Below, one piece after another: positions 1 to 12,621 of a DNA stretch of 51,420 nucleotides. The position numbers were made by a program, and so were the translations under genes. The DNA lies in contig CAYUVU010000266.1 in NCBI GenBank assembly GCA_964448205.1, forward strand, positions 1-51,420, read 5' to 3'. Origin of the DNA: an uncultured Acidobacteriota bacterium. Lineage in GTDB: Bacteria > Acidobacteriota > Vicinamibacteria > Marinacidobacterales > Marinacidobacteraceae. The notes below the pieces were generated by a model. That model ran no database searches. It worked only from the letters and a program-made list of their open reading frames with translations, and had not been told where the DNA came from. The number at the start of each line of letters is the position of its first letter. Within the stretch, counting starts at the first letter, position 1.

Positions 1-60
1 TATGCCGAGCGACACAACGCCGAAGGTGAGCCGGCCGCCCAGCCTCGCCCGGGACCGGGT

Positions 61-74
61 GGGGGGGGGGGGGG
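61..74. repeat. G14 homopolymer tract (C14 on minus strand)
   Basis: 14 consecutive g read directly at 61-74. Lies about 160 nt beyond the rpsK stop, in sequence open in two plus-strand frames. Confidence 0.95.
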
Positions 75-107
75 AGAGCCGGCTGCTCCCCCCGAGGACG
101 AAAGAAT

Positions 108-138
108 GTGACGTGAATCGCGGAGCGATTCGCGTCAC
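108..138 (-). terminator. 14-bp inverted repeat / hairpin, terminator-like or palindromic operator
   Basis: gtgacgtgaatcgc-gga-gcgattcgcgtcac: 13 Watson-Crick pairs plus one G-U, 3-nt loop. On minus-strand RNA it is followed by AUUCUUUC. Confidence 0.3.
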
Positions 139-147
139 CCCGTGGGG

Positions 148-221
148 AAAATGCCCCGCACGCACGACGACCGTCGGTTCGGGAGCACGTGCCGTTTTGG
201 GTATGGTGCGGGGCATTTTTT
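148..221. terminator. bidirectional terminator-like inverted repeat downstream of rpsK
   Basis: aaaatgccccgcac (148-161) is the perfect reverse complement of gtgcggggcatttt (206-219), flanking an internally structured 44-nt insert. T6 follows on the plus strand and UUUU on the minus strand. Confidence 0.45.
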
Positions 222-231
222 CCACGGGCTG

Positions 232-633
232 TTAGTTCCGGCGCTTTTTTGGTGGCCGGCACCCGTTGTGCGGAATCGGGGTGACGTCCTTGATTGACTT
301 CACCTCAATACCGGCGGCCGCCACGGCCCGGATCGCGGCTTCGCGTCCGGCGCCGGGGCCTTTCACCTTGACCTCCACATGAGTGCAGCCAAGGGCGCGA
401 GCTTCCCGTGAGGCGGCGCCCGCCGCCTGCTGCGCCGCGAACGGCGTCTGTTTCCGGGAACCCTTGAAGCCCTGCGATCCGGCGCTGGCCCAGCAGACCA
501 CGTTTCCGGCCGGATCCGCGAAGGTGATGATCGTGTTGTGGTACGTCGCCTGGATCGACACGACGCCGGCGGTCAGCGTGCGCTTCTCGCGCTTCTTTCC
601 CGTGCGGCGGCGGGCTGTCTTCTTCTTTGCCAT
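232..633 (-). CDS. rpsK: 30S ribosomal protein S11
   Basis: ORF 232..762 trimmed to the internal ATG (cat at 631-633). [10 protein letters not shown]...[18 protein letters not shown]...[13 protein letters not shown] is canonical S11. Confidence 0.96.
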   Translation of the reverse strand: MAKKKTARRRTGKKREKRTLTAGVVSIQATYHNTIITFADPAGNVVCWASAGSQGFKGSRKQTPFAAQQAAGAASREARALGCTHVEVKVKGPGAGREAAIRAVAAAGIEVKSIKDVTPIPHNGCRPPKKRRN

Positions 634-650
634 GTGGTGTTCCTGTTCCC

Positions 651-1016
651 TTACCGCCGGCGCATCCCGACCCGGCGGGGACCGCGGCGGGTCCGGGCAT
701 TGGTCTTGGTGCGCTGGCCCCGTGCGGGGAGACCCCGGCGATGACGGAGCCCGCGATAGCACCCGATGTCCATGAGGCGCTTCAGATCCATCGAGATCCG
801 CTTCCTCAGGTCTCCTTCCACGCCGCCCTCGTCGTCGATCGCCCGGCCGATCCGGCTGACCTCCTCCTCGGTCAGGTCGCTGACCCGGCGGTGGCGTTCG
901 ATCCCGACCTTGTCGAGGATGGTCGTCGAGCGGTGGGACCCCACGCCGTAGATGTACGTCAGCCCGATATCGATGCGCTTGGCGCGCGGCAGGTCAACGC
1001 CGGCAATTCTGGCCAT
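651..1016 (-). CDS. rpsM: 30S ribosomal protein S13
   Basis: [26 protein letters not shown]...[24 protein letters not shown]; ATG start. Confidence 0.97.
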   Translation of the reverse strand: MARIAGVDLPRAKRIDIGLTYIYGVGSHRSTTILDKVGIERHRRVSDLTEEEVSRIGRAIDDEGGVEGDLRKRISMDLKRLMDIGCYRGLRHRRGLPARGQRTKTNARTRRGPRRVGMRRR

Positions 1017-1103
1017 CGGTCAGTCTCTCCCTGTTTGTGTCGCCCGGCCCGGCCAACAATCGGGCCGGCACGGAACTCCGCTTGCTGAGGTCGTCACGGT
1101 GTG

Positions 1104-1217
1104 TCACCCCTGCCGCTGCTTGTGCTTCGGGTTTTCGCAGATCACCCGCACGACCCCTCGGCGGCGGACGATCTTGCACTTGGCGCAGATACGCCGAACG
1201 GAAGCGCGAACCTTCAT
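1104..1217 (-). CDS. rpmJ: 50S ribosomal protein L36 (Zn-binding C+ form)
   Basis: Not in the ORF track (37 aa). Hand translation gives [37 protein letters not shown], sitting between infA and rpsM as expected. Confidence 0.93.
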   Translation of the reverse strand: MKVRASVRRICAKCKIVRRRGVVRVICENPKHKQRQG

Positions 1218-1227
1218 GTTGCCCCTC

Positions 1228-1449
1228 CTACTTGCACCGGTAGACGATCCGGCCGCGGCTCAGATCGTAGGGGGAAAGCTCTACCAACACCCGGTCCCCC
1301 GGCAATACCTTGATGAAGCTCTTCCGCATCTTTCCCGACACGTGAGCGAGCACCTTGTGATCGCCCGTATCAAGCTTGACCCGGAACATGGCGTTGGGCA
1401 GAGGCTCCATGACGGTCGCCTCCACGGAAATAGCGTCTTCCTTAGACAT
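1228..1449 (-). CDS. infA: translation initiation factor IF-1
   Basis: [43 protein letters not shown]...GRIVYRCK. Confidence 0.97.
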   Translation of the reverse strand: MSKEDAISVEATVMEPLPNAMFRVKLDTGDHKVLAHVSGKMRKSFIKVLPGDRVLVELSPYDLSRGRIVYRCK

Positions 1450-2233
1450 GGTCTTCCTCTGAACCCGGGGTGGCCGGGTTCGTCTTTCTGGGCTCCGCGA
1501 GGATCCAGGGACCGCCCTCCATGACCGCGATGGATCGTTCGAAATGCGCGGAGGCGCTGCCGTCCACGGTAACGACCGTCCAGCGATCCCGCTTCACGCG
1601 CACGTCCGGGCTCCCGCGATTCACCATGGGTTCGATCGCGATCACGGCGCCCGGAATCAGGCGGGCCCGTTTGCGAGGATCATAGAAGTTCGGAATCCAG
1701 GGCTCCGCGTGCAGGCTGGTTCCGATCCCGTGCCCGCCGTATTCGCGCACCACGGAGTAGCCGTGGCTTTCGGCATGGGTCTGTACGGCCTGCCCGATGT
1801 CCGAAACGCTGTTTCCGGGGCGGGCGGCTCCGATTCCGGCGTAGAGAGCCCCCTCGGTCACCTCCAGCAGACGCGCCACGTTCTCGTCGATCTGTCCGAC
1901 CGCGACGGTCGTCGCGTTGTCCCCGTAGTAGCCGTCCACGATGCAGCCGAAGTCGAGGCTCACGATGTCGCCCTCCTTCAGCTTCCGCCAGCGGGAGGGG
2001 ATTCCGTGGACGACCTCGTCGTTGATCGAAACGCACAGGGTCGCGGGAAACCCGTGATATCCCTTGAAGGCCGGAGGCACCCCGTGGCGGCGCAGGTTGT
2101 CGGCGGCCACGCGGTCGAGGTGAGCGGTGGTCACTCCCGGCTCCACGGTGCGGGCGAGCAGGTCCAGTGTCTCCACCGTGATCGCGTTGGCCTGGTGGAG
2201 CTTGTCCAGCTCGACGTCGGATCGGGAGATCAC
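1442..2233 (-). CDS. map: type I methionine aminopeptidase
   Basis: Motifs [29 protein letters not shown]. Start set at GTG 2233, which forms a GTGA overlap with the adk stop. The track ORF extends to 2275. Confidence 0.9.
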   Translation of the reverse strand: MISRSDVELDKLHQANAITVETLDLLARTVEPGVTTAHLDRVAADNLRRHGVPPAFKGYHGFPATLCVSINDEVVHGIPSRWRKLKEGDIVSLDFGCIVDGYYGDNATTVAVGQIDENVARLLEVTEGALYAGIGAARPGNSVSDIGQAVQTHAESHGYSVVREYGGHGIGTSLHAEPWIPNFYDPRKRARLIPGAVIAIEPMVNRGSPDVRVKRDRWTVVTVDGSASAHFERSIAVMEGGPWILAEPRKTNPATPGSEEDHV

Positions 2234-2811
2234 TGGGTCACCAACTGCGCCGCGGCGAACGGCAGGGCCGCACACAGACGGCCGAATACCTCGTCGCGGG
2301 ACCCGAGTCCCGGGATGTTGACGGCGCGGTCTCCGTAGTGGTCGAGCAGTGGCAGCGACTCGGACTCGTAGACGTCGAGCCGGTGGCGGAAGGCGTCCTC
2401 GCTGTCATCCTGCCGGCCGTCGGTGCCGCGGCGCCCGCGGACCCGGGCGGCCAGTTCCTCCGCCGGAACGGCGATGTTCGCAATCCACTCGGTGGCTCCG
2501 AGCCTCGAGAGGACCTCGCCAAGCGCCCGGGCCTGCGCCCGGTTCCGCGGATAGCCGTCGAGGATGAAACCCCGGCTGCAATCCGGAGCGGAAACCCTCT
2601 CTTCGACGATGCCCAGGACGATCTCGTCGCTCACCAGGCGGCCGGCCGCCATGATGTCGCGGGCCGCCACGCCGAGTTCCGTTCCATCCGCGACCGCCTG
2701 CCGGAGAATGGCCCCGGTCGAAATGTGGGGGAACCCCAGCGACTCGGCGAGCCGCGCCGCCTGGGTCCCTTTTCCGGACCCGGGCGCGCCGAGGAGAATG
2801 ACCGCGTTCAT
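2230..2811 (-). CDS. adk: adenylate kinase
   Basis: The last 193 aa of track ORF 2230..4341 begin at ATG 2811: MNAVILLGAPGSGKGTQAARLA...ILDGYPRN. The upstream part of that ORF is an out-of-frame read through secY. Confidence 0.94.
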   Translation of the reverse strand: MNAVILLGAPGSGKGTQAARLAESLGFPHISTGAILRQAVADGTELGVAARDIMAAGRLVSDEIVLGIVEERVSAPDCSRGFILDGYPRNRAQARALGEVLSRLGATEWIANIAVPAEELAARVRGRRGTDGRQDDSEDAFRHRLDVYESESLPLLDHYGDRAVNIPGLGSRDEVFGRLCAALPFAAAQLVTQ

Positions 2812-2828
2812 GTCAGCTCCGGGGCGCC

Positions 2829-4210
<1,382 letters not shown>

Positions 4211-4214
<4 letters not shown>

Positions 4215-4735
4215 GTCTGGTCTTCAGAGTTGCCGGCGTTCGCGCCAATGAGATCCACGGTCCCGCCGGCCGCTTCGATCTTGCGGCGGGCGGAAGCGCT
4301 GAAGGCGTGGGCCCGCACGGTGAGGCGCCGCTCCAGCTCACCTCCGCCGAGGACCTTGATGCGGAACGGCCGCGGGCGGACCAGCAACGGAGTTCCTTCC
4401 GGATCAGGCCGGTAGATCCGCGCGCCCTGGATCAGGCGGGCGGCCACCAACTCGATCTCGCCGACGGTCGAACCGTCTTCGAAACGGTTGAGGTCGCCCA
4501 GATTGACGACCTCCTGACGGGTCCGGAAGATGTTCGTGAACCCGCGCTTCGGCACCCGCCGCACGAGCGGCATCTGGCCGCCCTCGAAGCCGCGGCGGAG
4601 CGAGTACCCGGACCGCGACTTGGCTCCCTTGTGGCCGCGGCCGGCGGTCTTGCCGGTTCCCGATCCGGGGCCGCGCCCCACCCGCTTGCGGGATCGGACG
4701 GCGCCCTCGGGCGGCGCCAGTTCATGAAGGCTCAC
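4211..4735 (-). CDS. rplO: 50S ribosomal protein L15
   Basis: ...[24 protein letters not shown]...GFEGGQMPL... Start placed at GTG 4735 (GAGGA 7 nt upstream; N-terminus aligns with E. coli L15). An alternative ATG at 4756 overlaps rpmD. Confidence 0.92.
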
Positions 4736-4745
4736 TTGCTCGTCC

Positions 4746-5000
4746 TCACTCGCCATCGGCCGATCCGGCCGTCTCCTGCACCTCGGTCTCTTCGACGATA
4801 CGCACGAGGTGCGGAATCCGCCGAACCATCCCCCGGATCATGGGGTTGTCCGGCCGGGAAACGGTCGCTCCCAGGCGGCGAAGCCCCAGGCCCTTCACGA
4901 CCTCGCGCTGATAGCGGGTCGTACCGGCCAGTCCGCGCACGAGTTGCACGACGATCCTCGCCCCTCCCGGGGCTGCGGCGTTGTCTTCTGGCTGCGTCAT
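4746..5000 (-). CDS. rpmD: 50S ribosomal protein L30 with short N- and C-terminal extensions
   Basis: [56 protein letters not shown]. Confidence 0.93.
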   Translation of the reverse strand: MTQPEDNAAAPGGARIVVQLVRGLAGTTRYQREVVKGLGLRRLGATVSRPDNPMIRGMVRRIPHLVRIVEETEVQETAGSADGE

Positions 5001-5004
5001 GGCT

Positions 5005-5571
5005 CTAGGCCCGGATCTCCGCCTCGATGTGGCTCACGTCCTTCCCCCGGAGTTCCGCCACCGCGGTCTTCGAGCGAAGGGAGAGGAGGGCGACCATCGT
5101 CGCTTCCACCACGTTCTTCGGATTGGCGGTTCCGAGCGACTTGGTCAGGATGTCCTTGATTCCGGCAAGCTCGATGACGGCGCGCACCGGACCGCCGGCG
5201 ATCACCCCGGTCCCCTCCGACGCCGGTTTGAGCAGGACCCGGCCCGCCCCGAACACACCCACCACCTCGTGAGCGATGGAGTTTCCCTCGCGGGGAACCA
5301 CCGTCAGGTTCTTCTTGGCGATCTCGATTCCCTTCTTGATCGCCGCCGGCACCTCGCGCGCCTTGCCGAGACCGAAACCCACGCGGCCGTCCTCGTTTCC
5401 AACGACAACCAGCGCGGAAAAGGACAGGTTCTTCCCGCCCTTGACCACCTTGGTCACCCGGTTGATCGAGACGACCTTGTCCTTGAGATCGGGATCGCCG
5501 GTCCGCTCCACCTGCGTGTTGCGCGAACCGCTCCGAGGCCTCGACCGGCCGCCCGCGTCCATGTTCAGCAC
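5005..5571 (-). CDS. rpsE: 30S ribosomal protein S5
   Basis: [49 protein letters not shown] at 5571 or ATG at 5562. Confidence 0.95.
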   Translation of the reverse strand: MLNMDAGGRSRPRSGSRNTQVERTGDPDLKDKVVSINRVTKVVKGGKNLSFSALVVVGNEDGRVGFGLGKAREVPAAIKKGIEIAKKNLTVVPREGNSIAHEVVGVFGAGRVLLKPASEGTGVIAGGPVRAVIELAGIKDILTKSLGTANPKNVVEATMVALLSLRSKTAVAELRGKDVSHIEAEIRA

Positions 5572-5918
5572 TGAATCCCTCCATTCCTCACCGCGTCGGC
5601 GAGGGCCTTGATCCGGCCGTGGTACTGGGACCCGCCGCGATCGAAGACCACCGTCTCGATGCCGGCGGCGCGGGCCCGCTCCGCCAGCTTCTCGCCGACC
5701 AGCGCGGCGCCCCGGGCGTTTCCACCGCCCTCGATCCCGGTCTCGCGGCTTCCCGCGGCGACGAGGGTGGTGCCGGCAGCGTCATCGATGACCTGTGCGT
5801 AGATGTGCTTCAACGAGCGGTAGACCGCAAGCCGCGGGCGCTCGGCGGTGCCCGTGATCTTCCGGCGAATGCGGGCGTGGATGCGCCGCCTTCGCTGGCG
5901 GCGGGTCGTGATTCGCAT
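5565..5918 (-). CDS. rplR: 50S ribosomal protein L18
   Basis: [37 protein letters not shown]...[18 protein letters not shown]. Confidence 0.96.
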   Translation of the reverse strand: MRITTRRQRRRRIHARIRRKITGTAERPRLAVYRSLKHIYAQVIDDAAGTTLVAAGSRETGIEGGGNARGAALVGEKLAERARAAGIETVVFDRGGSQYHGRIKALADAVRNGGIQC

Positions 5919-5931
5919 GGCTCTTCTGGTA

Positions 5932-6465
5932 CTAGGCTCCGGTCTTTCCTGCCTTCTTGATGAGGCGTTCGCCGGTGTAGCGAACCCCCTTCTGCTTGTA
6001 CGGGTCCGGCTTGCGGAGCGCGCGGATGCGCGCCGCCACCTGCCCGACGGCCTGCTTGTCGGCGCCCGACACGACGACGTGGGTGTTCTTCTCGATCCGG
6101 ACGTCGATCCCCTCGGGCAGCGCGAACTCGATGGGGTGGGAATACCCCAGCGCGAAGGAGATGTTCCGTCCCTTCACCTGCGCCCGGTAGCCGACTCCGA
6201 CGATGTCCAGTTCCTTCTGGAAGCCCTGGGAAACACCGGTCACCGCGTTCGCGAGGAGCGCCCGGGTGAGGCCCCAGTAGGCCCGGTTGCCCGAGGTTTC
6301 CCGAAGCGACACCTGGGCCGCGCTGCCGTCGAGTTTCACCTCGACGCCCGGGAGGACCGGACTCGTGAGGATGCCCTTCGGACCCTTCACGCGGACCTCG
6401 GAACTCTCGATCGTGATCGAGACCCCGGACGGAACGGGGATCGGCTTGGCGCCTATGCGGGACAT
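5932..6465 (-). CDS. rplF: 50S ribosomal protein L6
   Basis: [20 protein letters not shown]...[26 protein letters not shown]...[15 protein letters not shown]. Confidence 0.96.
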   Translation of the reverse strand: MSRIGAKPIPVPSGVSITIESSEVRVKGPKGILTSPVLPGVEVKLDGSAAQVSLRETSGNRAYWGLTRALLANAVTGVSQGFQKELDIVGVGYRAQVKGRNISFALGYSHPIEFALPEGIDVRIEKNTHVVVSGADKQAVGQVAARIRALRKPDPYKQKGVRYTGERLIKKAGKTGA

Positions 6466-6481
6466 GCGAACAGACCTCGGG

Positions 6482-6877
6482 CTACCACACCTGGCAAAGG
6501 ACTTCGCCGCCCACGCCGAGATGGCGCGCCTGGCGGCCCGTCATCACCCCGCGGGAGGTGGAGAGCACGGTGACGCCGAGCCCTCCCTGCGCCTTGGGGA
6601 TCTTCTGGTGCGACACATAGACGCGGGTGCCGGGCCTCGAGACCCGCTTGAGCCCGGAGAGCGCGTCCCGATTGCCGGGCAGGCGCCGCAGCTTGATGCG
6701 GATCGCGTCCTGTGGCGGAGAAGCGCGGCGCTCCCACCCGTCCACGTATCCCTCCTCGTGAAGGATGCGGGCGATCTCCTCCTTCAGTCCGGAAGCAGGA
6801 ATCTCGACAAAGTCATGCCGCGCCTGAATCGCGTTGCGAAGCCGGGTGAGCATGTCGGCCACCGGGTCAGACCACAT
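6482..6877 (-). CDS. rpsH: 30S ribosomal protein S8
   Basis: [29 protein letters not shown]...[28 protein letters not shown]. Confidence 0.96.
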   Translation of the reverse strand: MWSDPVADMLTRLRNAIQARHDFVEIPASGLKEEIARILHEEGYVDGWERRASPPQDAIRIKLRRLPGNRDALSGLKRVSRPGTRVYVSHQKIPKAQGGLGVTVLSTSRGVMTGRQARHLGVGGEVLCQVW

Positions 6878-6889
6878 CAGCGTACCTCC

Positions 6890-7075
6890 CTACCAGCTCG
6901 CCTTGATGACGCCGGGGATCTCTCCCGCGAGCGCCAGCTTCCGGAAACACAGGCGGCAGAGCCCGAACTTCCGGAGATAGGCCCGTGGGCGGCCACAGCT
7001 CAGGCAGCGGTTGTAGCGCCGCACCTCGAACTTGGGCCGCTTCCTTGCCTTGGCAATGAGCGATTTCTTCGCCAA
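6890..7075 (-). CDS. rpsN: 30S ribosomal protein S14, short Zn-ribbon type
   Basis: 61 aa, (M)[44 protein letters not shown]. The start codon is TTG (caa at 7073-7075). Confidence 0.95.
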   Translation of the reverse strand: MAKKSLIAKARKRPKFEVRRYNRCLSCGRPRAYLRKFGLCRLCFRKLALAGEIPGVIKASW

Positions 7076-7108
7076 AACTCTTTCCTCTGCTTGTCCAGCT
7101 TCTGGGTA

Positions 7109-7657
7109 CTACGCTTCCCGGCGGGCGAACGGCATCCCGAAGGCGCGGAGCAGCTCTCGCGCGTCCTGGTCGCTCGTCGCGGTCGTGCAGATGGTCACGT
7201 TCATCCCGAGGGTCTTCTCGATCTTCGAGTAGTCGATCTCGGGGAACACGGATTGGTCCGTCAGGCCCAGGGTGTAGTTGCCCCGGCCATCGAAAGCCCG
7301 GTCCGAAACGCCGCGAAAGTCGTGCACCCGGGGCAACGCGATGTTGATCAGCCGGTCCATGAATTCGTACATCCGGATTCCGCGCAGCGTGACCCGCACA
7401 CCCACCGGCATGCCGTCCCGGATCTTGAAGTTGGCGATGGACTTCCGGGCCCTGGTCACCACCGGCCGCTGCCCGGTGATCGCCGTCAGGTCCGCGACCG
7501 CAGCGTCGATGAACCGGTGCTCCCGCGCCCCTTCTCCGACGCCCATGTTCACGACGACCTTGGTAACTCGGGGTACCGCGTGCACACTGGCAATCTCCAG
7601 TCTGGTGCGCAGATCGGGAGCGATCGTCTCCCGGTACCGGGAACGAAGGCGGCTCAC
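7109..7657 (-). CDS. rplE: 50S ribosomal protein L5
   Basis: C-terminal 182 aa of track ORF 7109..8029. GTG at 7657 forms a GTGA overlap with the rplX stop. VSRLRSRYRETIAPDL...VVVNMGVGEG... Confidence 0.94.
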   Translation of the reverse strand: MSRLRSRYRETIAPDLRTRLEIASVHAVPRVTKVVVNMGVGEGAREHRFIDAAVADLTAITGQRPVVTRARKSIANFKIRDGMPVGVRVTLRGIRMYEFMDRLINIALPRVHDFRGVSDRAFDGRGNYTLGLTDQSVFPEIDYSKIEKTLGMNVTICTTATSDQDARELLRAFGMPFARREA

Positions 7658-8007
7658 TTGTCGATCACTCCCTGGGAACGGACGCTCACCCGAACCTTGC
7701 GTCCATCGGTCAGCCGGGTCCTCCCGATCCGGGTCGGGAGATTGGTCTCCGGGTCCACGATCATCACGTTGCTGATCGCGATCGAGGCTTCCCGCTCGAC
7801 GACGCCACCCTTGATGTTCGCGCGCGGGTTCGCCTTCGTGTGCCGCTTGATCATGTTGATGCCCTCGACAAGCACGCGTCCGGTTTCCGGAAAGACGCGG
7901 AGAATCCGTCCCCGCTTCCCCAGATCGCTCCCGGCCGTGATCTGGACGAGGTCGTTCTTGCGCACGTGCAGCCGCCGCGGTGGCGGCGCGCTCTTCTTCC
8001 GGGACAT
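7654..8007 (-). CDS. rplX: 50S ribosomal protein L24
   Basis: LHVRKNDLVQITAGSDLGKRGRILRVFPETGRVLVEGINMIKRHTK. Confidence 0.95.
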   Translation of the reverse strand: MSRKKSAPPPRRLHVRKNDLVQITAGSDLGKRGRILRVFPETGRVLVEGINMIKRHTKANPRANIKGGVVEREASIAISNVMIVDPETNLPTRIGRTRLTDGRKVRVSVRSQGVIDK

Positions 8008-8009
8008 CG

Positions 8010-8378
8010 TCAGAGGACCTCCGGAGCAAGCGAAACGATCTTCATGAACTGGCGCTCGCGCAGTTCGCGGGCGACCGGACCGAACACCCGGGTTCCGGTG
8101 GGCTCGCGCTGCTCGTTGATCAGCACCGCGGCGTTGTCACCGAAGCGGATGTAGGACCCGTCCGCGCGGCGGTGCTCCTTGCGGGTCCTCACAATCACCG
8201 CCTGGACGACCGTCCCTTTCTTGACCGCGCTCCCCGGCGCGGCTTCGCGCACCGAAGCGGTAATGACGTCCCCCAGCCGGGCGATACGACCCACGCCGCC
8301 GCCGAGCGGAAGGATGCAGGTGACCCGGCGGGCGCCGGAGTTGTCGGCGACCTGCAGCACCGACTGCATCTGGATCAC
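8010..8378 (-). CDS. rplN: 50S ribosomal protein L14
   Basis: (V)[21 protein letters not shown]... 122 aa. GTG at 8378 forms a GTGA overlap with the rpsQ stop. Confidence 0.95.
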   Translation of the reverse strand: MIQMQSVLQVADNSGARRVTCILPLGGGVGRIARLGDVITASVREAAPGSAVKKGTVVQAVIVRTRKEHRRADGSYIRFGDNAAVLINEQREPTGTRVFGPVARELRERQFMKIVSLAPEVL

Positions 8379-8620
8379 TTGGCGCGCTCCACGACGTTGA
8401 GCAGCCGGAAACGCTTCGTCCGGGAAAGCGGACGGCATTCCTCGATCTGGACGCGGTCTCCGACCCGGCCCTCGTTCTTCTCGTCGTGAACCGCAAAACG
8501 GGTGGATTTGCGGTACCGGCGCTTGTAAAGGCGGTGTTCCACCAGGCGCTCGACGAGCACGGTGATGGTCTTCTCGGCGCCGCTGGCAACCACGGTTCCG
8601 GTCCTGATCAGTCTTGGCAT
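8375..8620 (-). CDS. rpsQ: 30S ribosomal protein S17
   Basis: Internal ATG (cat at 8618-8620): [47 protein letters not shown]. Confidence 0.95.
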   Translation of the reverse strand: MPRLIRTGTVVASGAEKTITVLVERLVEHRLYKRRYRKSTRFAVHDEKNEGRVGDRVQIEECRPLSRTKRFRLLNVVERAK

Positions 8621-8646
8621 GACGGTTCTTCTCTTGTTCACCCGCC

Positions 8647-8877
8647 TCAGGAATCCGAGGCGCCGCTCCCCGGGGAATCGGTCCCGATCTCGAGCTCGCG
8701 CTCCCTCATGATCGTCTGGAGCCGGGCGACCTGGCGCCGCAGCACCTTGACCTTGTGCGTGTGACCGAGCTGGCCGGTGGCGGCCTCGAGCCGGGCATCG
8801 AACAGCTCCCGCGTCGTTTCCTGCTGCTTCCTCACGAGTTCGTCGTGGGTCAACTCGCGAATCCGGGCGGCCTTCAC
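8647..8877 (-). CDS. rpmC: 50S ribosomal protein L29 with a short Ser/Gly/Asp tail
   Basis: [39 protein letters not shown] start forms a GTGA overlap with the rplP stop. Confidence 0.93.
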   Translation of the reverse strand: MKAARIRELTHDELVRKQQETTRELFDARLEAATGQLGHTHKVKVLRRQVARLQTIMRERELEIGTDSPGSGASDS

Positions 8878-9296
8878 GACGATTCCTCCTCAAAGCGGCC
8901 GACGAACTGCGTCCGCACCGGAAGCTTGTGGCTCGCCCGGCGCATCGCCTCGATGGCCTGGTCGCGGGCGACGCCTTCCATTTCGAACAGGACCCGTCCC
9001 GGACGCACCACCGCGACCCATCCCTCGGGACCGCCCTTCCCCTTGCCCATGCGCGTCTCCTGGGGCTTCTTGGTCAGCGGCTTGTCGGGGAAGATCCGGA
9101 TCCAGACCCGGCCGGTCCGCTTGATGAAGCGGGTGATGGCCACCCGCGCCGACTCGATCTGGCGATTCGTGATCCATCCCGGCTCCAGCGTCTTGAGCCC
9201 GAAGTCTCCGAACGCCACGGTCTGCCCGGTCCAGGACTTGCCGCGCATACGGCCGCGCTGCTGTTTCCGGTACCGCGTCTTCTTCGGCATCAGCAT
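8874..9296 (-). CDS. rplP: 50S ribosomal protein L16
   Basis: [35 protein letters not shown]... Confidence 0.96.
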   Translation of the reverse strand: MLMPKKTRYRKQQRGRMRGKSWTGQTVAFGDFGLKTLEPGWITNRQIESARVAITRFIKRTGRVWIRIFPDKPLTKKPQETRMGKGKGGPEGWVAVVRPGRVLFEMEGVARDQAIEAMRRASHKLPVRTQFVGRFEEESS

Positions 9297-9327
9297 GGCG
9301 TTTCTCCTCGGGGATCCCCTTCAGGGC

Positions 9328-10026
9328 TCAACCGGCGCTCGCCTCTTCGGAGCCGGAAGCCGACGGCTTCAGGGAGATCTCCGGACGTCCCGGCCGGCTC
9401 ACCGCGTCGCTGACGCCCCGGTAAACCCAACACTTGACCCCGATCTGACCGTAGGTCGTAAAGGCCTCGGCGAGCCCGTATTCGATGTCGGCCCGCAGCG
9501 TATGGAGCGGGAGCTGTCCCTCCAGGTACCACTCCGCCCGGGCGATGTCGGCGCCGTTGAGCCGCCCGGCGCACCGGATGCGGACACCCTTGGCGCCGTT
9601 CCGCATGGTGTTCTCGACGGCCTTCCGCATCGCGCGCCGGAACGCGATCCGCTTCTCCAGCTGGAGGGCGATGGACTCGGCGACCAACTGTGGGTCGAGT
9701 TCGGGCTTGATCACCTCGAGAGGCCGGATGTGGACTTCCTTGCCGGTGCGCTTGCGGAGATCGCGCGTCAGCTTCTCCACTTCCGTCCCCTTGCGCCCGA
9801 TGATGATTCCCGGCCGCGAGGTGTGGATGTAGATGTTGAGCTTGTTGCCCGGCCGCTCGATTTCCACCCGCGAGATACCCGCGTGGTACAGGCGGCGCTT
9901 GAGAAGACGCCGCAGCTTCAGGTCCTCGTGCAGCGAGTCCCGATAGGCGCTGTCCGCGAACCAGCGGGAGCGCCAGGTCTTGCTGTATCCGAGCCGGAAG
10001 CCGTGCGGGTGTACTTTTTGACCCAT
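9328..10026 (-). CDS. rpsC: 30S ribosomal protein S3
   Basis: [25 protein letters not shown]...[16 protein letters not shown]... Confidence 0.96.
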   Translation of the reverse strand: MGQKVHPHGFRLGYSKTWRSRWFADSAYRDSLHEDLKLRRLLKRRLYHAGISRVEIERPGNKLNIYIHTSRPGIIIGRKGTEVEKLTRDLRKRTGKEVHIRPLEVIKPELDPQLVAESIALQLEKRIAFRRAMRKAVENTMRNGAKGVRIRCAGRLNGADIARAEWYLEGQLPLHTLRADIEYGLAEAFTTYGQIGVKCWVYRGVSDAVSRPGRPEISLKPSASGSEEASAG

Positions 10027-10028
10027 TC

Positions 10029-10388
10029 CTATTCCTCTTCGACCGCGGTCACGCGGATCGTGTAGTGGGTGGTTCGCCGCCGGATGCGACGGATGCGGGC
10101 CCTCCGGCCGCTGCGGGCGATCGCCCGGGCCGGTCCCTGGTCGGCGAACGCCTCGGACACCATGAGCTTGTCCTCATCGATCCGCTTCGCTTCGCTTAGG
10201 GCCTTCGTCTGGGCGTTCGCGATGGCCGACCGCAACACCTTCTCGATGATGGGCGCCGGCGCGCGATTCGTGTTCTGCAGCACCGAGATGGCGTCCGCCG
10301 CCGGCTTGTCGCGAATGAGGTCGAGAACGAGCCGCGCCTTCTGAACCGAACCGGGAACCGCCGTCGCCCGGGCCACCGCTTCGATCAC
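10029..10388 (-). CDS. rplV: 50S ribosomal protein L22
   Basis: ...[47 protein letters not shown]; GTG start. Confidence 0.95.
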   Translation of the reverse strand: MIEAVARATAVPGSVQKARLVLDLIRDKPAADAISVLQNTNRAPAPIIEKVLRSAIANAQTKALSEAKRIDEDKLMVSEAFADQGPARAIARSGRRARIRRIRRRTTHYTIRVTAVEEE

Positions 10389-10416
10389 GGCGTCACCCCC
10401 GTTCGTGCGAAGAGTC

Positions 10417-10701
10417 TCATCGGCGTCCCCTCGACTTCTCGGTCTTCACCTTGTGTCCCTTGAAGGTCCGCGTCGGCGAGAACTCGCCGAGCTTGTGACC
10501 CACCATGTTGTCGGTCACGTAGACGGGAATGAACTTGCGGCCGTTGTGAACGGCGAAGGTCAGGCCCACCATCTGCGGAACGATCGTGGAGCGCCGCGAC
10601 CAGGTTTTGATGATCGTCTGCCGGCGCGCGACGTGCGCGTCCTCGACCTTCCGGATCAGGCTTTCCTCGATGTACGGGCCCTTTTGAATCGAACGCGGCA
10701 T
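10417..10701 (-). CDS. rpsS: 30S ribosomal protein S19
   Basis: [20 protein letters not shown]...[42 protein letters not shown]. Confidence 0.97.
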   Translation of the reverse strand: MPRSIQKGPYIEESLIRKVEDAHVARRQTIIKTWSRRSTIVPQMVGLTFAVHNGRKFIPVYVTDNMVGHKLGEFSPTRTFKGHKVKTEKSRGRR

Positions 10702-10755
10702 TCTGTGGTCCTTTTCTGATCCCTGTTCCGATCTGGTGGTGTGGGTGTCCTCGGC

Positions 10756-11589
<834 letters not shown>

Positions 11590-11880
11590 TTACACGCCCT
11601 TGAAGATCTCGATGACGTGGCCCTCCTCGAGGGTCACGTACGCCTTCTTCCAGTTGGGGCGCCGTCCGACGAAGCGGCCCCAGCGCTTGTTCTTGCCCGT
11701 GAAGTTGGAGGTGCGGACATCCTTGACCTCCACCTCGAACAGACTCTCCACGGCGCGGCGGATCTGGATCTTGTTGGCCTTCGGGCTCACCCGGAAAGCG
11801 ACGACGTTCTGGGTTTCCCGCAGGCGCTCCGCCTTTTCGGTGGTGAGCGGTTCGAGGATGACGCGGTCGGCTTCCATCAT
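11590..11880 (-). CDS. rplW: 50S ribosomal protein L23
   Basis: Last 96 aa of track ORF 11590..12273. ATG 11880 forms an ATGA overlap with the rplD stop. ...LEPLTTEKAERLRETQNVVAFRVSPKANKIQIRRAVE. Confidence 0.94.
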   Translation of the reverse strand: MMEADRVILEPLTTEKAERLRETQNVVAFRVSPKANKIQIRRAVESLFEVEVKDVRTSNFTGKNKRWGRFVGRRPNWKKAYVTLEEGHVIEIFKGV

Positions 11881-12575
11881 CGGCCCCCTGCTTCGGACAG
11901 TTTCTCGGAGAGCGCGGCGAGCGCGGAACGCCGAATGAGCACCGTCTTCGCCTTGAGGACCTCGTAGCAGTGAAGCGCCCGCACCGAAATGACCTCGACC
12001 GCCGGCAGGTTCCTCGCCGACAGGTAGAGGTCGTCGGAGGGCGCCGTCTCCACGATCAGCACGCGTCCGTCGGTGGAACCCCACTCGTCCAGGCGGCGCA
12101 GCACCGCCCGGGTGGAAGGCCCCTCGAGACCGAAGTCCTCGAAAACGCGCAACCGCCCTTCGCTCGCGCACAGCGAGAGCGCGGAGCGGAGCGCGCCGCG
12201 CTGCATGCGGCCCGGCAGCCGATAGCTGTAGTCGCGAGGCTGCGGTCCGAACACGGTCCCGCCGCCCCGCCACAGGGGGGTGCGGCGGCTGCCGACCCGC
12301 GCGTTGCCGGTGCCCTTCTGCCGCCAGGGCTTGCGGCCGCCTCCGGCGACGAGCGCGCGGTTCTTGGTCGCATGGGTCCCGGCGCGCCGGCCCGCCATGT
12401 ATTGGCGAACGGCGTCGTAGTGGAGGCCCGGCCTCACCGGCGCCGCGAAGACCGCCGGATCGAGTTCCACTTCGCCGCCTTCGGAATCACGGACAACCAC
12501 GGAACCGGCTCGCTGAGGGTCTTCGGCCTCGGGTACGCCTTCCGTCGGAAGCGCTTCTTGCTCTGCCACGGTCAC
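11877..12575 (-). CDS. rplD: 50S ribosomal protein L4 (about 24-aa acidic N-terminal extension if GTG 12575 is used)
   Basis: ...[49 protein letters not shown]... Confidence 0.93.
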   Translation of the reverse strand: MTVAEQEALPTEGVPEAEDPQRAGSVVVRDSEGGEVELDPAVFAAPVRPGLHYDAVRQYMAGRRAGTHATKNRALVAGGGRKPWRQKGTGNARVGSRRTPLWRGGGTVFGPQPRDYSYRLPGRMQRGALRSALSLCASEGRLRVFEDFGLEGPSTRAVLRRLDEWGSTDGRVLIVETAPSDDLYLSARNLPAVEVISVRALHCYEVLKAKTVLIRRSALAALSEKLSEAGGR

Positions 12576-12621
12576 TTTCGTTCTTCCTGCTCCGGGTTCT
12601 TCGGGTCGTTTGTCGCTCTCG

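Noticed and set aside
2-235. ORF 2..235 (+), 77 aa.
   Set aside because: No recognisable motif. It runs through the terminator-like inverted repeats, and its frame depends on the G14 tract length. Frame 1 ending at 111 is at least as plausible, so no CDS is called.
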